The notes under the pieces are model-generated. The model ran no database searches. It was not told the origin of the DNA and worked only from the letters and a program-made list of their open reading frames with translations. Below, in pieces: positions 10,575-20,661 of a stretch of DNA of 64,000 nt (within the stretch, counting starts at the first letter, position 1; each line of letters starts with the position of its first letter). The translations under genes were made by a program, and so were the position numbers. Source of the stretch: Chlamydia sp. (GTDB lineage: Bacteria; Chlamydiota; Chlamydiia; Chlamydiales; Chlamydiaceae); the NCBI RefSeq assembly GCF_017472245.1, contig NZ_JAFUQR010000006.1, positions 39,472-103,471 on the forward strand, given 5' to 3'.

Positions 10575-10603
10575 CTCCTCTAAAGAGAGGAGGGAGCTTT
10601 TTT
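10575..10603 (+). terminator. Orphan terminator-like hairpin with no annotated upstream plus-strand gene
   Basis: ctcctct-aaag-agaggag forms a 7-bp stem with a 4-nt loop, followed by ggagc and T6. It sits in the 454-bp divergent region between uppS (-) and the Inc-like ORF (+). Confidence 0.3.
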
Positions 10604-10846
10604 AGAGATGTGTTAGAGAAAATAAAGTAAAAATTTTAGTTTTCAAACTTTGTTTTGGTGGTTGCAGTTTAGCAGCTAGGTTTGATAGAATAGTCGGCTC
10701 CCATTCCATTGTTTTTTGAGAGCAAATATCTCAAACTCTATTTTCGATTGAACATGCTTCTGAGTGAATCTAGATTCCTGGGGGAAAGCCCTGTGGGCCT
10801 GCCGTGAAAATAGCAGTTTTTTTATAGTAATTAGCAAGGAAATAAT

Positions 10847-11179
10847 ATGAATTTGTCAGAAGTAAGCAATAGCTTAACCTCTCTTTTTTCTCGAAAACAT
10901 TCAATACCTGAAAAATCTTTTATCTCCTCGCACTGTGTACAATTAACGGGCTGGTTGCAAAAAATAGTTCCTGCATTAATTGCCATGCTAGGGGTTTCTA
11001 TTTTCGGTTGCAGTATTCTTGCTTTTTGCACATGCATGACTGTTTTGCCGGGAGTCAGTTTAGTCATACTAGGTTCATTGCTTCTTTATTGGGCATATCA
11101 CCAGATTGCGAGTATGCATGTTAATATGGCGGTTGCTTTCAACTCTTTTTCCTCTTCTTCTGAAAGATCTATTCAATAA
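10847..11179 (+). CDS. Putative inclusion membrane (Inc-like) protein, CT449-like by position
   Basis: 110 aa with ATG preceded by AAGGA. It has a bilobed hydrophobic region of about 50 aa (LQKIVPALIAMLGVSIFGCSILAFCTCMTVLPGVSLVILGSLLLYWAY), typical of chlamydial Inc proteins. Confidence 0.7.
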   Translation: MNLSEVSNSLTSLFSRKHSIPEKSFISSHCVQLTGWLQKIVPALIAMLGVSIFGCSILAFCTCMTVLPGVSLVILGSLLLYWAYHQIASMHVNMAVAFNSFSSSSERSIQ

Positions 11180-11197
11180 AGATGCTATGAGAAAGAG

Positions 11198-11232
11198 AAG
11201 CTTTTTAGAATGTTTAAAAGCTTTTCTATGTT
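11198..11232 (+). terminator. Possible rho-independent terminator after the Inc-like ORF
   Basis: aagctttt / aaaagctt forms an 8-bp stem with a 10-nt loop, followed by the U-rich ttctatgtt. Confidence 0.35.
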
Positions 11233-11598
11233 CGTAATTACCCTTGATTATAAACGTTACAAAAAACATACTGAGCTACAATTTTTTTGACGTAAATAAA
11301 GGGTATAGTCTAGGAGAAAATTCCTTCCTCAGGGCCCCAGCGCAAGTGCAGATTTTAGTTAGTTTTATTAGGTGTTTGTGGGCTCACGCTTTGGTTAGTC
11401 ACCGCAAAGCATGGCTAGACCCAATTTTATCTCTAAACGTCAAAAAATGGGAAAGATTCTGGGTTCCTTCTCTTGTTATTGAAAGGACTTTCTTTTCCAA
11501 ACACATGTTTCGAAGAGCCTAGAATTTCCTTTCTGCTGCTTTAGCGTAGGGCTGGGTAGCCACATTCGCAGAACTCACGAATAACGAAGAGCCTCATA

Positions 11599-14500
11599 AT
11601 GAAGCGTAATTTTAAGCGGAATCTCAGTATCATCATTTTTGTTTTTGCTTTGGCTTTGTATCATGTTTTGCCCACTTGTCTATACTATTCACGCCCTTTG
11701 AATAGAAAAATAGACGGGCGAGAGGCTCAAAGGATAATAGAGAATTTAACGGAACAAGTTGCGGATGTAAGAAGTGATTTAACGATTCGTCTTACAAAAA
11801 TTTTATCTACACTTAAGTTGCGAGGGAAAATAAAGCAACATCCAAGTATCCCTGGTGTAGTTAATGTTCATTTCCCTTCCAAAGAGGATGCTGCTGTCTT
11901 CATTGATAATGTTGTGCATGGAGAGCCTTCCGTCCCTATTAAGTCGGCAAGACTGTATGTTTTGGGAAGTTCTGAATTAGTCGGAGAGACGGTTGTTCAA
12001 GTTTCTGGAAGTTTAGTTACTTCTTTGACAGAAGAAGATCTCTCTTTCGTTCCATATGAAGACAAAGATACCGTTGTTTCACAAGAACTGAGAACTATCG
12101 CTACAAATTTATTCGTCGAATCGGAGCGAGCTTGCGAATGTGGGTATGGCTTCCTGTGGGATTCTATGCCGATTGAAAAAATCTCTCACATAGCAAGGAG
12201 TATCTGTTCTGATTTGCGGCTGTTACCAGCTGGAAAGACTCAAGCTTTCTTATCACGATTTTTTAGTACAGAACGAGATTTTACAGCGTTTTTAGCTAGA
12301 TTGGAGAAAGCACTGCAATACGATGAGGTTAAAGAATATCGCGAAGAACTTAAAGAGGCCTCTCATTTTCTTCATTCTAGGAATTTGCGTTGGAGTGAGG
12401 TAAGTCCGAAAGTTGTTGGGAATGTTGTTGATTGTAGTAAGTTAGCTACTTGCTTTTCTTCAACATCTTTGACCACAGACGGGGAATTATTATTCCATTT
12501 CGATCCTGAAGTCCTTACCAAGCGTCAGCAGCTAGTGGGCGATGAGCGGTTAGAATTAGAGCGTCTTTTTGTAACGGAGAAACAGCACATAGCTGCCTGC
12601 TTGAATCGTCCTGTTGAAGAAACCGAGTTCGGCTTTGTTACACAACTAAGAGACAAGACTGCTAGTGGTAGGATTGTTTTACAAGGACATAAGATTTGTC
12701 AACGGATAGTTGAGCACTTGACAGCATTAGTTCTCAATCGTCCTGTTGCAGAAACGTGTGATTTGTCACCAGAAAACTTTCCTATTTATAGCAGAGAGCC
12801 TTCAGATAATGATGCTTTAGGTTGTTTTATTTTTTCTCCAGATAAGAGCTGTCGGCATTTTTCCAAAGGCTCCGTGTATGTTGTTTTCAAAGGGTTACGT
12901 TCAATTATTGCAAAGTATGAAAATGCGGGTGTTCAAGAAGCTACTCTTCTACAACAAGATCTAAAGAATTTATATGCATGTTTTGTTCATACAGACGCAG
13001 TTTCTTGGAGTCTAGGGGATGATCGTATTCTAGAAATTAAAGAGCCTTTGCAACGAGTTATTCAGATTTGGGGGGAAGAATTTGTTCAAAGTTTTGGAGA
13101 AGCAGCTCTTGAGGTTCGGGATATTCGTGATCGTTTGGCTGTAGTGAATCGTATTGAAAAGTCTCGACATGCAGAGCTCGTACGCTGGGATGAGCAGTAT
13201 CGTCAGGCGCAATGTTCTATGAATCCTCAAGCACGTTTGCGAGCTGCTATTCCTTATAAGAATGTTTTTATTGAAAACTTTAAGTTGAATACAAGGAAAT
13301 ATTCTCGTGGTGATCATGTTTTGCGTTTTGGAACCGATTTTGTGGGAGGGAAGCAGATTCGATTAGCTTTCCGAGATCACCGAGGGAACCTTCTAACAGA
13401 TAAGGAAGGAATTGATAAAGTATCGGATGAGTTGTACGCCCGGTTAAACAAACTCGGAGTATCTGAGATAGGGATGCAAAGAGAAGGGGATCACATACAG
13501 GTCAGCGTTCCTGGAGCTGCAAATATTTCTTCTGCAGATATCTTGGGGATTTCAAAAATGGCCTTTCATGTTGTGAACGAACAATTCTCCTTAAAAGGTC
13601 CTTTGGGTCATGAAGTACAAACTTTTTTGGACTACCTCTGGTTTACAGCAAGAAGTCTTGATGAGGCCTCTCCTAAAGGGATCAATCGTTTAGCAGGAGC
13701 TATTTTCCAAGGAGATAAGGAAAAGATTCCTACAAATGTTCGTGTTGCTGTCGAAAAACTAAAAGAAGCCGGATTAAATTTCACAAGTGATTTGGAAGGT
13801 AGTTCCTCTTGTTTAGACACCCAATACTCAATGATTGCTATAGAGAAGGAATGGGGAGAACGGGTTAACCCTCTCATGATTGTCTTTAGAAATCATGCTT
13901 TGGAAGGTGCTTCTCTTAAAAATATTCGTCCAGAATTCGCCGTAGGAGAAGGGTATGTTCTGAATTTTGGTGTTAAGGACAAGGCTTTCTCATTAGACAG
14001 TACAGAAACACCTGTTCAGCGATTCCATGCTTGGACATCAAAATTCTGCCAAGAGGGAGTTAGTGGAACAAAAAACAGCCTTTTCTCTGGAGGAAGGGGA
14101 TGGCGTATGGCTGTTGTTTTGGATGGGTATGTAATTAGTGATCCTGTATTAAATGTCCCTCTCAAGGATCGTGCGAGCGTCTCTGGGAATTTTTCTTATA
14201 GGGAAGTAAATCGTTTGGCTGCAGATCTGAAATCTGGAGCGATGTCTTTTATTCCGGAAATTTTAAGTGAGGAAGTAGTTTCTCCAGAATTAGGTAACTC
14301 TCAGCGTTTACAAGGTATTCTTTCTGTAGGATTGGGGCTTTTGGTTCTTATTGTACTGATGAGTGTTTATTATAAATTTGGGGGTGTGATTGCTTCAGGG
14401 GCGGTTCTACTCAATCTACTGCTTATTTGGGCCTCTATGCAGTATTTGGATGCCCCGCTTACCCTATCTGGGTTAGCTGGAATTATCCTAGCAATGGGGA

Positions 14501-15798
14501 TGGCTGTAGATGCAAATGTTCTGGTTTTTGAGAGAATTCGAGAAGAATATCTATTGACTAGAAGCCTGTCAGAGTCAGTAGAAGCCGGTTATAAGAAGGC
14601 TTTTAGCGCAATTTTCGACTCTAACTTAACTACTATTTTGGCTTCCGCTTTGCTTCTTATGTTGGATACAGGTCCTATCAAGGGATTTGCTCTAACCTTG
14701 ATCATTGGAATTTTCTCGTCAATGTTCACAGCTTTATTTATGACGAAATTCTTTTTTGTAATTTGGGTACGGAAAACAAGAGAAACCCAATTGCATATGA
14801 TGAATAAATTTATTGGGATCAAACACAATTTCTTAAAAGAATGTAAGCGTCTATGGGTGGTCTCAGGAACTGTAATCGTTTTAGGCTGTATGGGATTAGG
14901 TTTTGGAGCATGGGACTCTATTCTAGGGATGGATTTTAAAGGAGGGTATGCGCTGACTTTAGATTCTGATGTTTGTGAATATAATCCAGAACAGATGTGT
15001 TCTGTGTTAAAAACCCGATTCCAACAAATTGGCCTATCCTCTCGTGACTATCGTGTGCGTAAAGCAGATGGCTCTGGAAAAATTAAAATTTATCTCTCGC
15101 AGCATGCCTTAGATCGCGTTGAGCAGATCGAAGGAGGAGGACAGAAAGGGGCGGACTATCACCTTGCTCGGGTTCTGCAAGTGTTATCGGATTCAGGGAA
15201 TTCTAATTTTTCTAAAGCGTTTGATACTTCTCTAGGTAGTTGGTTTAAGGTAAGCGGACAGCTTTCGCATAAGATGCGTACACAGGCAATAATCGCGTTA
15301 TTTGGAGCTTTAGGAATTATCCTGCTTTATGTTAGCTTGCGTTTTGAGTGGAGATATGCCTTCAGTGCAATTTGTGCTTTAATGCATGATTTGTTAGCAA
15401 CCTGTGCTGTTTTAGTGGCTCTGCATTTCTTTTTACAAAGAATACAGATCGATCTACAAGCAATAGGCGCGTTGATGACAGTATTGGGATATTCTTTGAA
15501 CAATACTTTAATTATTTTTGATCGTATTCGGGAAGATCGACGCGAGAAGTTATTCACACCTATGACTGTATTAATTAATGATGCCTTACAGAAGACTTTA
15601 GGACGTACAGTCATGACTACTGCAACTACTTTATCTGTATTGATCATTTTGTTGTTTGTTGGAGGAGGCTCTATTTTCAATTTCGCATTTATTATGACGG
15701 TAGGGATCTTATTGGGAACGCTATCTTCTCTGTATATAGCTCCTCCACTCCTCTTATTTATGGTGCGAAAGGAAGAACATAGCTCCTTGAATGAATAG
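11599..15798 (+). CDS. secDF: Fused protein-export membrane protein SecD/SecF
   Basis: 1399 aa. It has a large periplasmic N-terminal domain and two RND-like 6-TM blocks with SecD (AGIILAMGMAVDANVLVFERIREE) and SecF (LGYSLNNTLIIFDRIRED) signatures. Confidence 0.95.
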   Translation: MKRNFKRNLSIIIFVFALALYHVLPTCLYYSRPLNRKIDGREAQRIIENLTEQVADVRSDLTIRLTKILSTLKLRGKIKQHPSIPGVVNVHFPSKEDAAVFIDNVVHGEPSVPIKSARLYVLGSSELVGETVVQVSGSLVTSLTEEDLSFVPYEDKDTVVSQELRTIATNLFVESERACECGYGFLWDSMPIEKISHIARSICSDLRLLPAGKTQAFLSRFFSTERDFTAFLARLEKALQYDEVKEYREELKEASHFLHSRNLRWSEVSPKVVGNVVDCSKLATCFSSTSLTTDGELLFHFDPEVLTKRQQLVGDERLELERLFVTEKQHIAACLNRPVEETEFGFVTQLRDKTASGRIVLQGHKICQRIVEHLTALVLNRPVAETCDLSPENFPIYSREPSDNDALGCFIFSPDKSCRHFSKGSVYVVFKGLRSIIAKYENAGVQEATLLQQDLKNLYACFVHTDAVSWSLGDDRILEIKEPLQRVIQIWGEEFVQSFGEAALEVRDIRDRLAVVNRIEKSRHAELVRWDEQYRQAQCSMNPQARLRAAIPYKNVFIENFKLNTRKYSRGDHVLRFGTDFVGGKQIRLAFRDHRGNLLTDKEGIDKVSDELYARLNKLGVSEIGMQREGDHIQVSVPGAANISSADILGISKMAFHVVNEQFSLKGPLGHEVQTFLDYLWFTARSLDEASPKGINRLAGAIFQGDKEKIPTNVRVAVEKLKEAGLNFTSDLEGSSSCLDTQYSMIAIEKEWGERVNPLMIVFRNHALEGASLKNIRPEFAVGEGYVLNFGVKDKAFSLDSTETPVQRFHAWTSKFCQEGVSGTKNSLFSGGRGWRMAVVLDGYVISDPVLNVPLKDRASVSGNFSYREVNRLAADLKSGAMSFIPEILSEEVVSPELGNSQRLQGILSVGLGLLVLIVLMSVYYKFGGVIASGAVLLNLLLIWASMQYLDAPLTLSGLAGIILAMGMAVDANVLVFERIREEYLLTRSLSESVEAGYKKAFSAIFDSNLTTILASALLLMLDTGPIKGFALTLIIGIFSSMFTALFMTKFFFVIWVRKTRETQLHMMNKFIGIKHNFLKECKRLWVVSGTVIVLGCMGLGFGAWDSILGMDFKGGYALTLDSDVCEYNPEQMCSVLKTRFQQIGLSSRDYRVRKADGSGKIKIYLSQHALDRVEQIEGGGQKGADYHLARVLQVLSDSGNSNFSKAFDTSLGSWFKVSGQLSHKMRTQAIIALFGALGIILLYVSLRFEWRYAFSAICALMHDLLATCAVLVALHFFLQRIQIDLQAIGALMTVLGYSLNNTLIIFDRIREDRREKLFTPMTVLINDALQKTLGRTVMTTATTLSVLIILLFVGGGSIFNFAFIMTVGILLGTLSSLYIAPPLLLFMVRKEEHSSLNE

Positions 15799-15857
15799 CG
15801 AAAGACGTTTGGATGCTTAATTCTAGGGAATTTGGTATTCATTACAGGACTATTTTA

Positions 15858-15895
15858 GGGCTCCTTTCCTCCTGAAGGAGGAGGAGCTTTTTTTT
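15858..15895 (+). terminator. Rho-independent terminator of secDF
   Basis: GC-rich hairpin gggctcctttcctcc-tgaa-ggaggaggagc followed by T8. Confidence 0.7.
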
Positions 15896-15926
15896 AAATG
15901 GAGCTCCCTCCGATATTTGAGAGTAT

Positions 15927-17711
15927 ATGGAAAAAGATGATAGTTTATCCGCCCTTGGACAAAAATGGGCTTATCCTAAGCGTGATGAAGTTTTCGAGAA
16001 GAAGATCGTAAAAGAGTTTCGGATTCATCCTTCTATCGCTCAGGTGCTTGTGTCTCGAGGGTTTCAATCTATCTCATCTGTTCAAGATTTTCTTTATCCA
16101 CAACTCTCTTCCTTACACCCTACCTCCTTATTTTTAGATATGGAAAAAGCTGTGTCTCGCCTGCTGAAAGCTAGGGATGATGAGGAGCATGTGATGATCT
16201 ATGGAGACGGAGATGTTGATGGTATAACTGGAGTAACTCTTATTGTTGAATTCTTACAAATTTTAGGGGTAAGAACGAGTTATTGCTGTTCCGGGACATT
16301 ATTTAAACAACACGGAGAAATAACATCTTTGATTTCCCAGATGCATCAGGATAATATTTCCCTATTGATTACTGTAGATTGTGGAATTACAGCAGGGAAG
16401 GAAGTCCAGGCGATTAGTAAGCAGGGGATAGATGTTATTGTTACTGATCATCATACGCCTACAGGGAAACTTCCTCACTGCATTGCAATGCTGAATCCTA
16501 AATTAGATAAAAATCCTTATCCAAATAAAGAGCTTACCGGAGTTGGGGTTGCTTTTAAGCTCGTATGTGCAACTTATGAGAAGCTGATTAAGCAAGATGC
16601 TTCTTGGAAAGATAAAATAGATCTTACTCATTTTTTAGATCTTGTGAGTCTAGGAACCATTGCTGATGTTGGTAAGCTTTCTGGTGAAAATCGTGTATTG
16701 GTTTCTTATGGCATCAAAGAAATTGAGAAAGGGAAGCGACTGGGATTAAAAAAGTTGTGTTCTTTGTCTGGAGTTGATAAGTCTGAAATTTCATCAACCA
16801 ATTTAGGGATTAGAATTACTCCTAAACTCAATAGCCTGGGGAGATTAGCAGATTCTAGTCAGGGAGTCAGGTTACTTTTATCTAAAGATTCAAAGAAGAT
16901 TGGGACAATTATTTCGGAGCTGACTGCCGTCAATCTAGAGCGGCAGAGGATAGAGGCTGAAGTGCTTCGTGATGTGGAAAGAATTCTAGCTATGAATCCT
17001 AAACTCACTGCTCAATCAGCCATTGTATTGGCTTCTCCAAATTGGCACTCTAGAGTCATTCCTATTATTTCTGCGCGTTTAGCTCGTACCTACAATAAAC
17101 CTGTAGTTATTATCGCTCTTCAGGACGGTATAGGGAAAGGGTCTTTACGTACAATAGGGTCTTTTCCTTTATTAGGCGTACTTCGTAAATGTGAATCTTT
17201 CTTTTTATCTTATGGAGGACATGATTTTGCTGCAGGCCTCATGATTAAAGAGGAGCAGGTGGAAGGTTTTAGGAAAAAGTTTATTCATTTAGTGAGCTCT
17301 TCTTTAAGGAAAGACGATGCTATGCTGACTCTCCCTGTGGATGCCTGTATGGATTTTTCTCATATCAACCGAGATTTGATCTCGTCTATGGAGTTGCTCG
17401 AACCTTTTGGGAAAGGGAATTTGTCCCCTGTGTTTTATACCAAAGCAATACAAGTTCGTTATCCGAAATTATTGGCTGGGAATCACGTTAAATTATACCT
17501 CAATAGTGGAGAAAGAAACTTAGAAGGTACAGCCTTTGGTCAAGGAGATAAGATTGGGTTGCTCAAGGCCCATTGGAATATGCCCATAGATATTGCCTAT
17601 ACATTGCGTATTATGAGGCGATCTGCTCGCGGAGCGATCCGCCTTTTAATTCAGGATTTTCGCATACAGTCTCCATGTTTAACCTCAGAAAATGATGAGG
17701 ATTTTAGCTAA
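15927..17711 (+). CDS. recJ: Single-stranded-DNA-specific exonuclease RecJ
   Basis: 594 aa with DHH-family motifs (IYGDGDVDGITG, VDCG, VTDHH) and a DHHA1 GGHDFAAG block. Confidence 0.95.
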   Translation: MEKDDSLSALGQKWAYPKRDEVFEKKIVKEFRIHPSIAQVLVSRGFQSISSVQDFLYPQLSSLHPTSLFLDMEKAVSRLLKARDDEEHVMIYGDGDVDGITGVTLIVEFLQILGVRTSYCCSGTLFKQHGEITSLISQMHQDNISLLITVDCGITAGKEVQAISKQGIDVIVTDHHTPTGKLPHCIAMLNPKLDKNPYPNKELTGVGVAFKLVCATYEKLIKQDASWKDKIDLTHFLDLVSLGTIADVGKLSGENRVLVSYGIKEIEKGKRLGLKKLCSLSGVDKSEISSTNLGIRITPKLNSLGRLADSSQGVRLLLSKDSKKIGTIISELTAVNLERQRIEAEVLRDVERILAMNPKLTAQSAIVLASPNWHSRVIPIISARLARTYNKPVVIIALQDGIGKGSLRTIGSFPLLGVLRKCESFFLSYGGHDFAAGLMIKEEQVEGFRKKFIHLVSSSLRKDDAMLTLPVDACMDFSHINRDLISSMELLEPFGKGNLSPVFYTKAIQVRYPKLLAGNHVKLYLNSGERNLEGTAFGQGDKIGLLKAHWNMPIDIAYTLRIMRRSARGAIRLLIQDFRIQSPCLTSENDEDFS

Positions 17712-18024
17712 TAGGAGATCGTTTATTCCCGGCTTATGCAAAGATTTTTTTATTCTTTTCTGAACAAACGGCAAAAAAATTTTTGAAAGTCTCTTCTCTA
17801 AGGACGAATTGTAAAAATTTTTAAGAAAGTTTGTTTCAAAAATAGCATTTATTACAAACTGCTTGATTAATAAGTTTTTTGTTGGGAAAATGTTACTTTC
17901 TTTTTTTAAGGAATTTGTGATTTTTGATAAGCGTTTACCATTTTAGAGGAAAAAAGAACGCATAGTGAGTGGGTTCGTTGTGGAAATTAGAGGGCCTTTA
18001 TTCACAAATCTAAAGTGGGAATAA

Positions 18025-18037
18025 AGTTTGTTTTTAA
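18025..18037 (+). promoter_or_regulatory. Recurrent 13-mer AGTTTGTTTTTAA just upstream of euo (function unknown)
   Basis: Exact copy of the 13-mer at 4202 and 20771, 28 nt upstream of the euo ATG. A further AGTTTGTT lies at 17828..17835. Confidence 0.3.
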
Positions 18038-18064
18038 GTGGACGGGGGAGGACTAAACAGTTAT

Positions 18065-18616
18065 ATGGAATGCTTACAACAAGATGCATGGGCCGAAGTA
18101 GGACAAGTTCAGAATCAGCAACAGGAAGAGCATCAGGATGGGAATGCGGTTCCTAATGCTTCGCAAAAAGTGTCGATTACTCAGGCTGCTAAGCTGCATA
18201 ACGTAACTCGCCAAGCTATTTATGTTGCGATTAAGCAGAAGAAATTAAAAGCATCGAAAACGACTCGCTGGGAAATTGATCTGCAGGATTTAGAAGATTA
18301 CAGACGCAAACGCTACTCGCGGGCTAATTCCACCTATCAGGGAGAGTTGCTCTTTGATAATGAGAAAGGCTTTTATTCTGTAGGCCAAGTGGCTTCCATG
18401 TTGAATGTTCCAGAACAAAAGATCTACTATGCTACGCGTATTGGTGCAATGAAGGGAGAGCGAAGAGGATCTGCCTGGGTTATTCATATCTCAGAAGTTG
18501 ATAGATATCGAAATGATTATCTTAAGAAGGAAGCTGATCGTAAAGGAAAGAGCTTAGCCGCTATGCAAGAAGGGCTTAGTTCTTTAGGAGCGGATCCAGA
18601 GAATTTTATTTCATAG
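18065..18616 (+). CDS. euo: EUO, early-phase DNA-binding repressor of late genes
   Basis: 183 aa from the ATG at 18065 (MECLQQDAWAEV...). The body (SITQAAKLHNVTRQAIYVAIKQKKLKASKTTRWEI...GERRGSAWVIH) is nearly identical to the C. trachomatis EUO I recall. The ORF-track GTG at 18038 is probably not the start. Confidence 0.95.
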   Translation: MECLQQDAWAEVGQVQNQQQEEHQDGNAVPNASQKVSITQAAKLHNVTRQAIYVAIKQKKLKASKTTRWEIDLQDLEDYRRKRYSRANSTYQGELLFDNEKGFYSVGQVASMLNVPEQKIYYATRIGAMKGERRGSAWVIHISEVDRYRNDYLKKEADRKGKSLAAMQEGLSSLGADPENFIS

Positions 18617-18648
18617 GGATCCTTTTTGCTAAATTTTATTATATGAAT

Positions 18649-18680
18649 GCCTCCTTTGGAATCCTGAGGGAGGCTTTTTT
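18649..18680 (+). terminator. Rho-independent terminator of euo
   Basis: gcctcc(t) ... (g)ggaggc stem followed by T6. Confidence 0.7.
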
Positions 18681-18884
18681 GTGAAGAAGAGTTTTTCTAA
18701 GACTCTTCTTTTTCGTTTTGTTAAAAAGTCGCCAAGAATCATTCTCTTTTGGTATTGTGTAAGGCAACATAGGGCTTTGAGCGGTCCGATTTTATGCCTG
18801 ACAAGATAAGAAACAGGAACCCTTAGAAATAGGGAAGTTCGTTTCATAAAGATAGAAAAGTTTCCTTTCTCTGGTTAGTAGCGA

Positions 18885-20405
18885 ATGATTTTCCAAAATG
18901 TACGCGTTAGAGTAGCCCCTTCTCCTACAGGAGACCCTCATGTAGGAACAGCCTATATGGCTTTGTTTAATGAGGTTTTTGCGAGAAAATTTAATGGAAA
19001 AATGATTTTGAGAATTGAGGATACGGATCAAACTCGAAGTCGTGATGATTATGAAAAAAATATTTTCTTAGCTCTTAAATGGTGTGGAATTCAATGGGAC
19101 GAAGGGCCAGATGTCGGTGGAGCTTATGGGCCCTATCGCCAGTCAGAGAGAACAGAGATATATAAAAAATACGCAGAAATTCTTTTACAAACGGATTACG
19201 CATATAAATGTTTTGCTACACCTCAAGAATTGCAGGAGATGCGGGCTGTAGCCAGTACTTTGGGGTACAGGGGAGGATACGATCGACGGTATCGTTATCT
19301 GTCTGCAGAGGAAGTTCGAGAGAGAGAAGAACAAGGACAGCCATATACAATCCGTTTGAAGGTACCTTTGACGGGAGAGAGTATTTTTGAAGATCAGTGC
19401 AAGGGACGTGTGGTATTCCCTTGGGCGGATGTAGATGATCAAGTTTTGGTGAAGTCGGACGGGTTCCCAACTTACCATTTTGCTAACGTGGTTGATGATC
19501 ATTTGATGGGAATCACACACGTGTTAAGAGGTGAGGAATGGCTAAGCTCTACTCCCAAACATCTATTGCTTTATCAAGCTTTTGGATGGGAGCCTCCTCA
19601 GTTTTTCCATATGCCGCTTTTGCTGAATCCTGATGGAAGTAAGTTGTCTAAAAGAAAGAATCCTACTTCTATTTTCTATTACCGAGATGCTGGGTATAAA
19701 AAAGAGGCATTTGTAAATTTCCTTACTCTGATGGGATATAGTATGGAGGGGGACGAGGAGATTTATTCCACTCAGAGATTAATTGAAGCTTTTGATCCTA
19801 AACGTATTGGAAAGTCGGGTGCTGTTTTTGATATCCGTAAGCTAGATTGGATGAATAAACATTATCTCAATCACGAGGGATCCCCGGAGAGCCTTTTAAA
19901 AGAGCTGAAAGAGTGGTTGTGGAATGATGAATTTTTACTCAAAATTCTTCCTCTTTGTCAGACGCGTGTTACGACGTTGGCTGATTTTGTTGGGTTAACA
20001 AGCTTCTTTTTCACCGCAATTCCACAGTATACAAAGGAGAAGTTGTTGCCGACTTCACTTAAGCAAGATCAGGCAGCGGTAATGCTTTATAGCTTAGTTA
20101 AGTATTTAGAAAAGAAAGATATATGGGAGAAAGACTTCTTTTATCAAGGATCTAAGTGGTTAGCTGAAGCTTTTCAGGTTCATCACAAAAAGTCTGTAAT
20201 CCCTTTATTATATGTAGCTGTTACTGGAGAAAGGCAGGGATTGCCTCTATTTGATTCCATGGAATTGCTAGGAAAAGCTCGGACGAGAGCGCGGCTTACT
20301 CATGCCCAAAATCTACTCGGGGGAGTTGTGAAGAAAGTACAGCAGCAGGTTGATAAAGCCTTGCAAGAGCAAAAGTTTGAAGAAATCCGTTTTTTAGAAT
20401 TCTAG
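18885..20405 (+). CDS. gltX: Glutamate--tRNA ligase
   Basis: 506 aa with a HIGH-type motif ([13 protein letters not shown]) and KMSKS-type KLSKRK. Confidence 0.95.
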   Translation: MIFQNVRVRVAPSPTGDPHVGTAYMALFNEVFARKFNGKMILRIEDTDQTRSRDDYEKNIFLALKWCGIQWDEGPDVGGAYGPYRQSERTEIYKKYAEILLQTDYAYKCFATPQELQEMRAVASTLGYRGGYDRRYRYLSAEEVREREEQGQPYTIRLKVPLTGESIFEDQCKGRVVFPWADVDDQVLVKSDGFPTYHFANVVDDHLMGITHVLRGEEWLSSTPKHLLLYQAFGWEPPQFFHMPLLLNPDGSKLSKRKNPTSIFYYRDAGYKKEAFVNFLTLMGYSMEGDEEIYSTQRLIEAFDPKRIGKSGAVFDIRKLDWMNKHYLNHEGSPESLLKELKEWLWNDEFLLKILPLCQTRVTTLADFVGLTSFFFTAIPQYTKEKLLPTSLKQDQAAVMLYSLVKYLEKKDIWEKDFFYQGSKWLAEAFQVHHKKSVIPLLYVAVTGERQGLPLFDSMELLGKARTRARLTHAQNLLGGVVKKVQQQVDKALQEQKFEEIRFLEF

Positions 20406-20621
20406 ATTTTGAGAAAGTTTCTCAGAATCCACTGCTGGGGATTTTGTAGAAAAGGTGTTTTCAAATACAGCCTGGGCAAGGGAAAAACCTAAAGTTTGGG
20501 CGTGTTTGAAAAGGGGCGAGCACTTTTGTGCCAGGATATACTCTCTTTTAGGAGGCTCGTAGGAGCATCCCTGTGTCAATAGGGCTGTTGCTGCTGTAAA
20601 AAAAAGGAAAAATCTTCTCAT
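20394..20621 (-). CDS. Small putative lipoprotein
   Basis: 75 aa with a signal peptide and lipobox ([13 protein letters not shown]). Its 3' end overlaps gltX convergently by 12 nt. Function unknown. Confidence 0.5.
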   Translation of the reverse strand: MRRFFLFFTAATALLTQGCSYEPPKREYILAQKCSPLFKHAQTLGFSLAQAVFENTFSTKSPAVDSEKLSQNLEF

Positions 20622-20661
20622 TATTTATCTCCCCCGATTTTTACATATTACATAGTTAGTA

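Noticed and set aside
10780-10830. gggggaaagccctgtgggcctgcc looked vaguely like an RNase P P4 or SRP motif
   Set aside because: It lacks the GAGGAAAGTCCGG core and the SRP domain IV GGAA/AGCA loops. Flanking sequence cannot form the required long helices. I treated it only as part of the unexplained intergenic region.
10831-11522. ORFs 10831..11067(-), 11075..11269(-) and 11244..11522(+) around the Inc-like gene
   Set aside because: The first is antisense to the better-supported Inc-like ORF. The others are AT-rich intergenic ORFs without an RBS and with implausible composition. One of them spans the putative terminator.
18022-18029. Perfect sigma28 -35 hexamer/octamer TAAAGTTT overlapping the recurrent motif upstream of euo (and 7/8 at 4199)
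   Set aside because: No acceptable GCCGATAA-like -10 lies at 11-12 nt spacing (gacggggg, gtttttaa). In addition, euo is an early sigma66 gene. The resemblance is probably coincidental to the AGTTTGTT motif.
18629-19031. Minus-strand ORFs 18629..18847 and 18792..19031 between euo and gltX
   Set aside because: They span the euo terminator and the gltX 5' end. They are basic and low in complexity, with no RBS.
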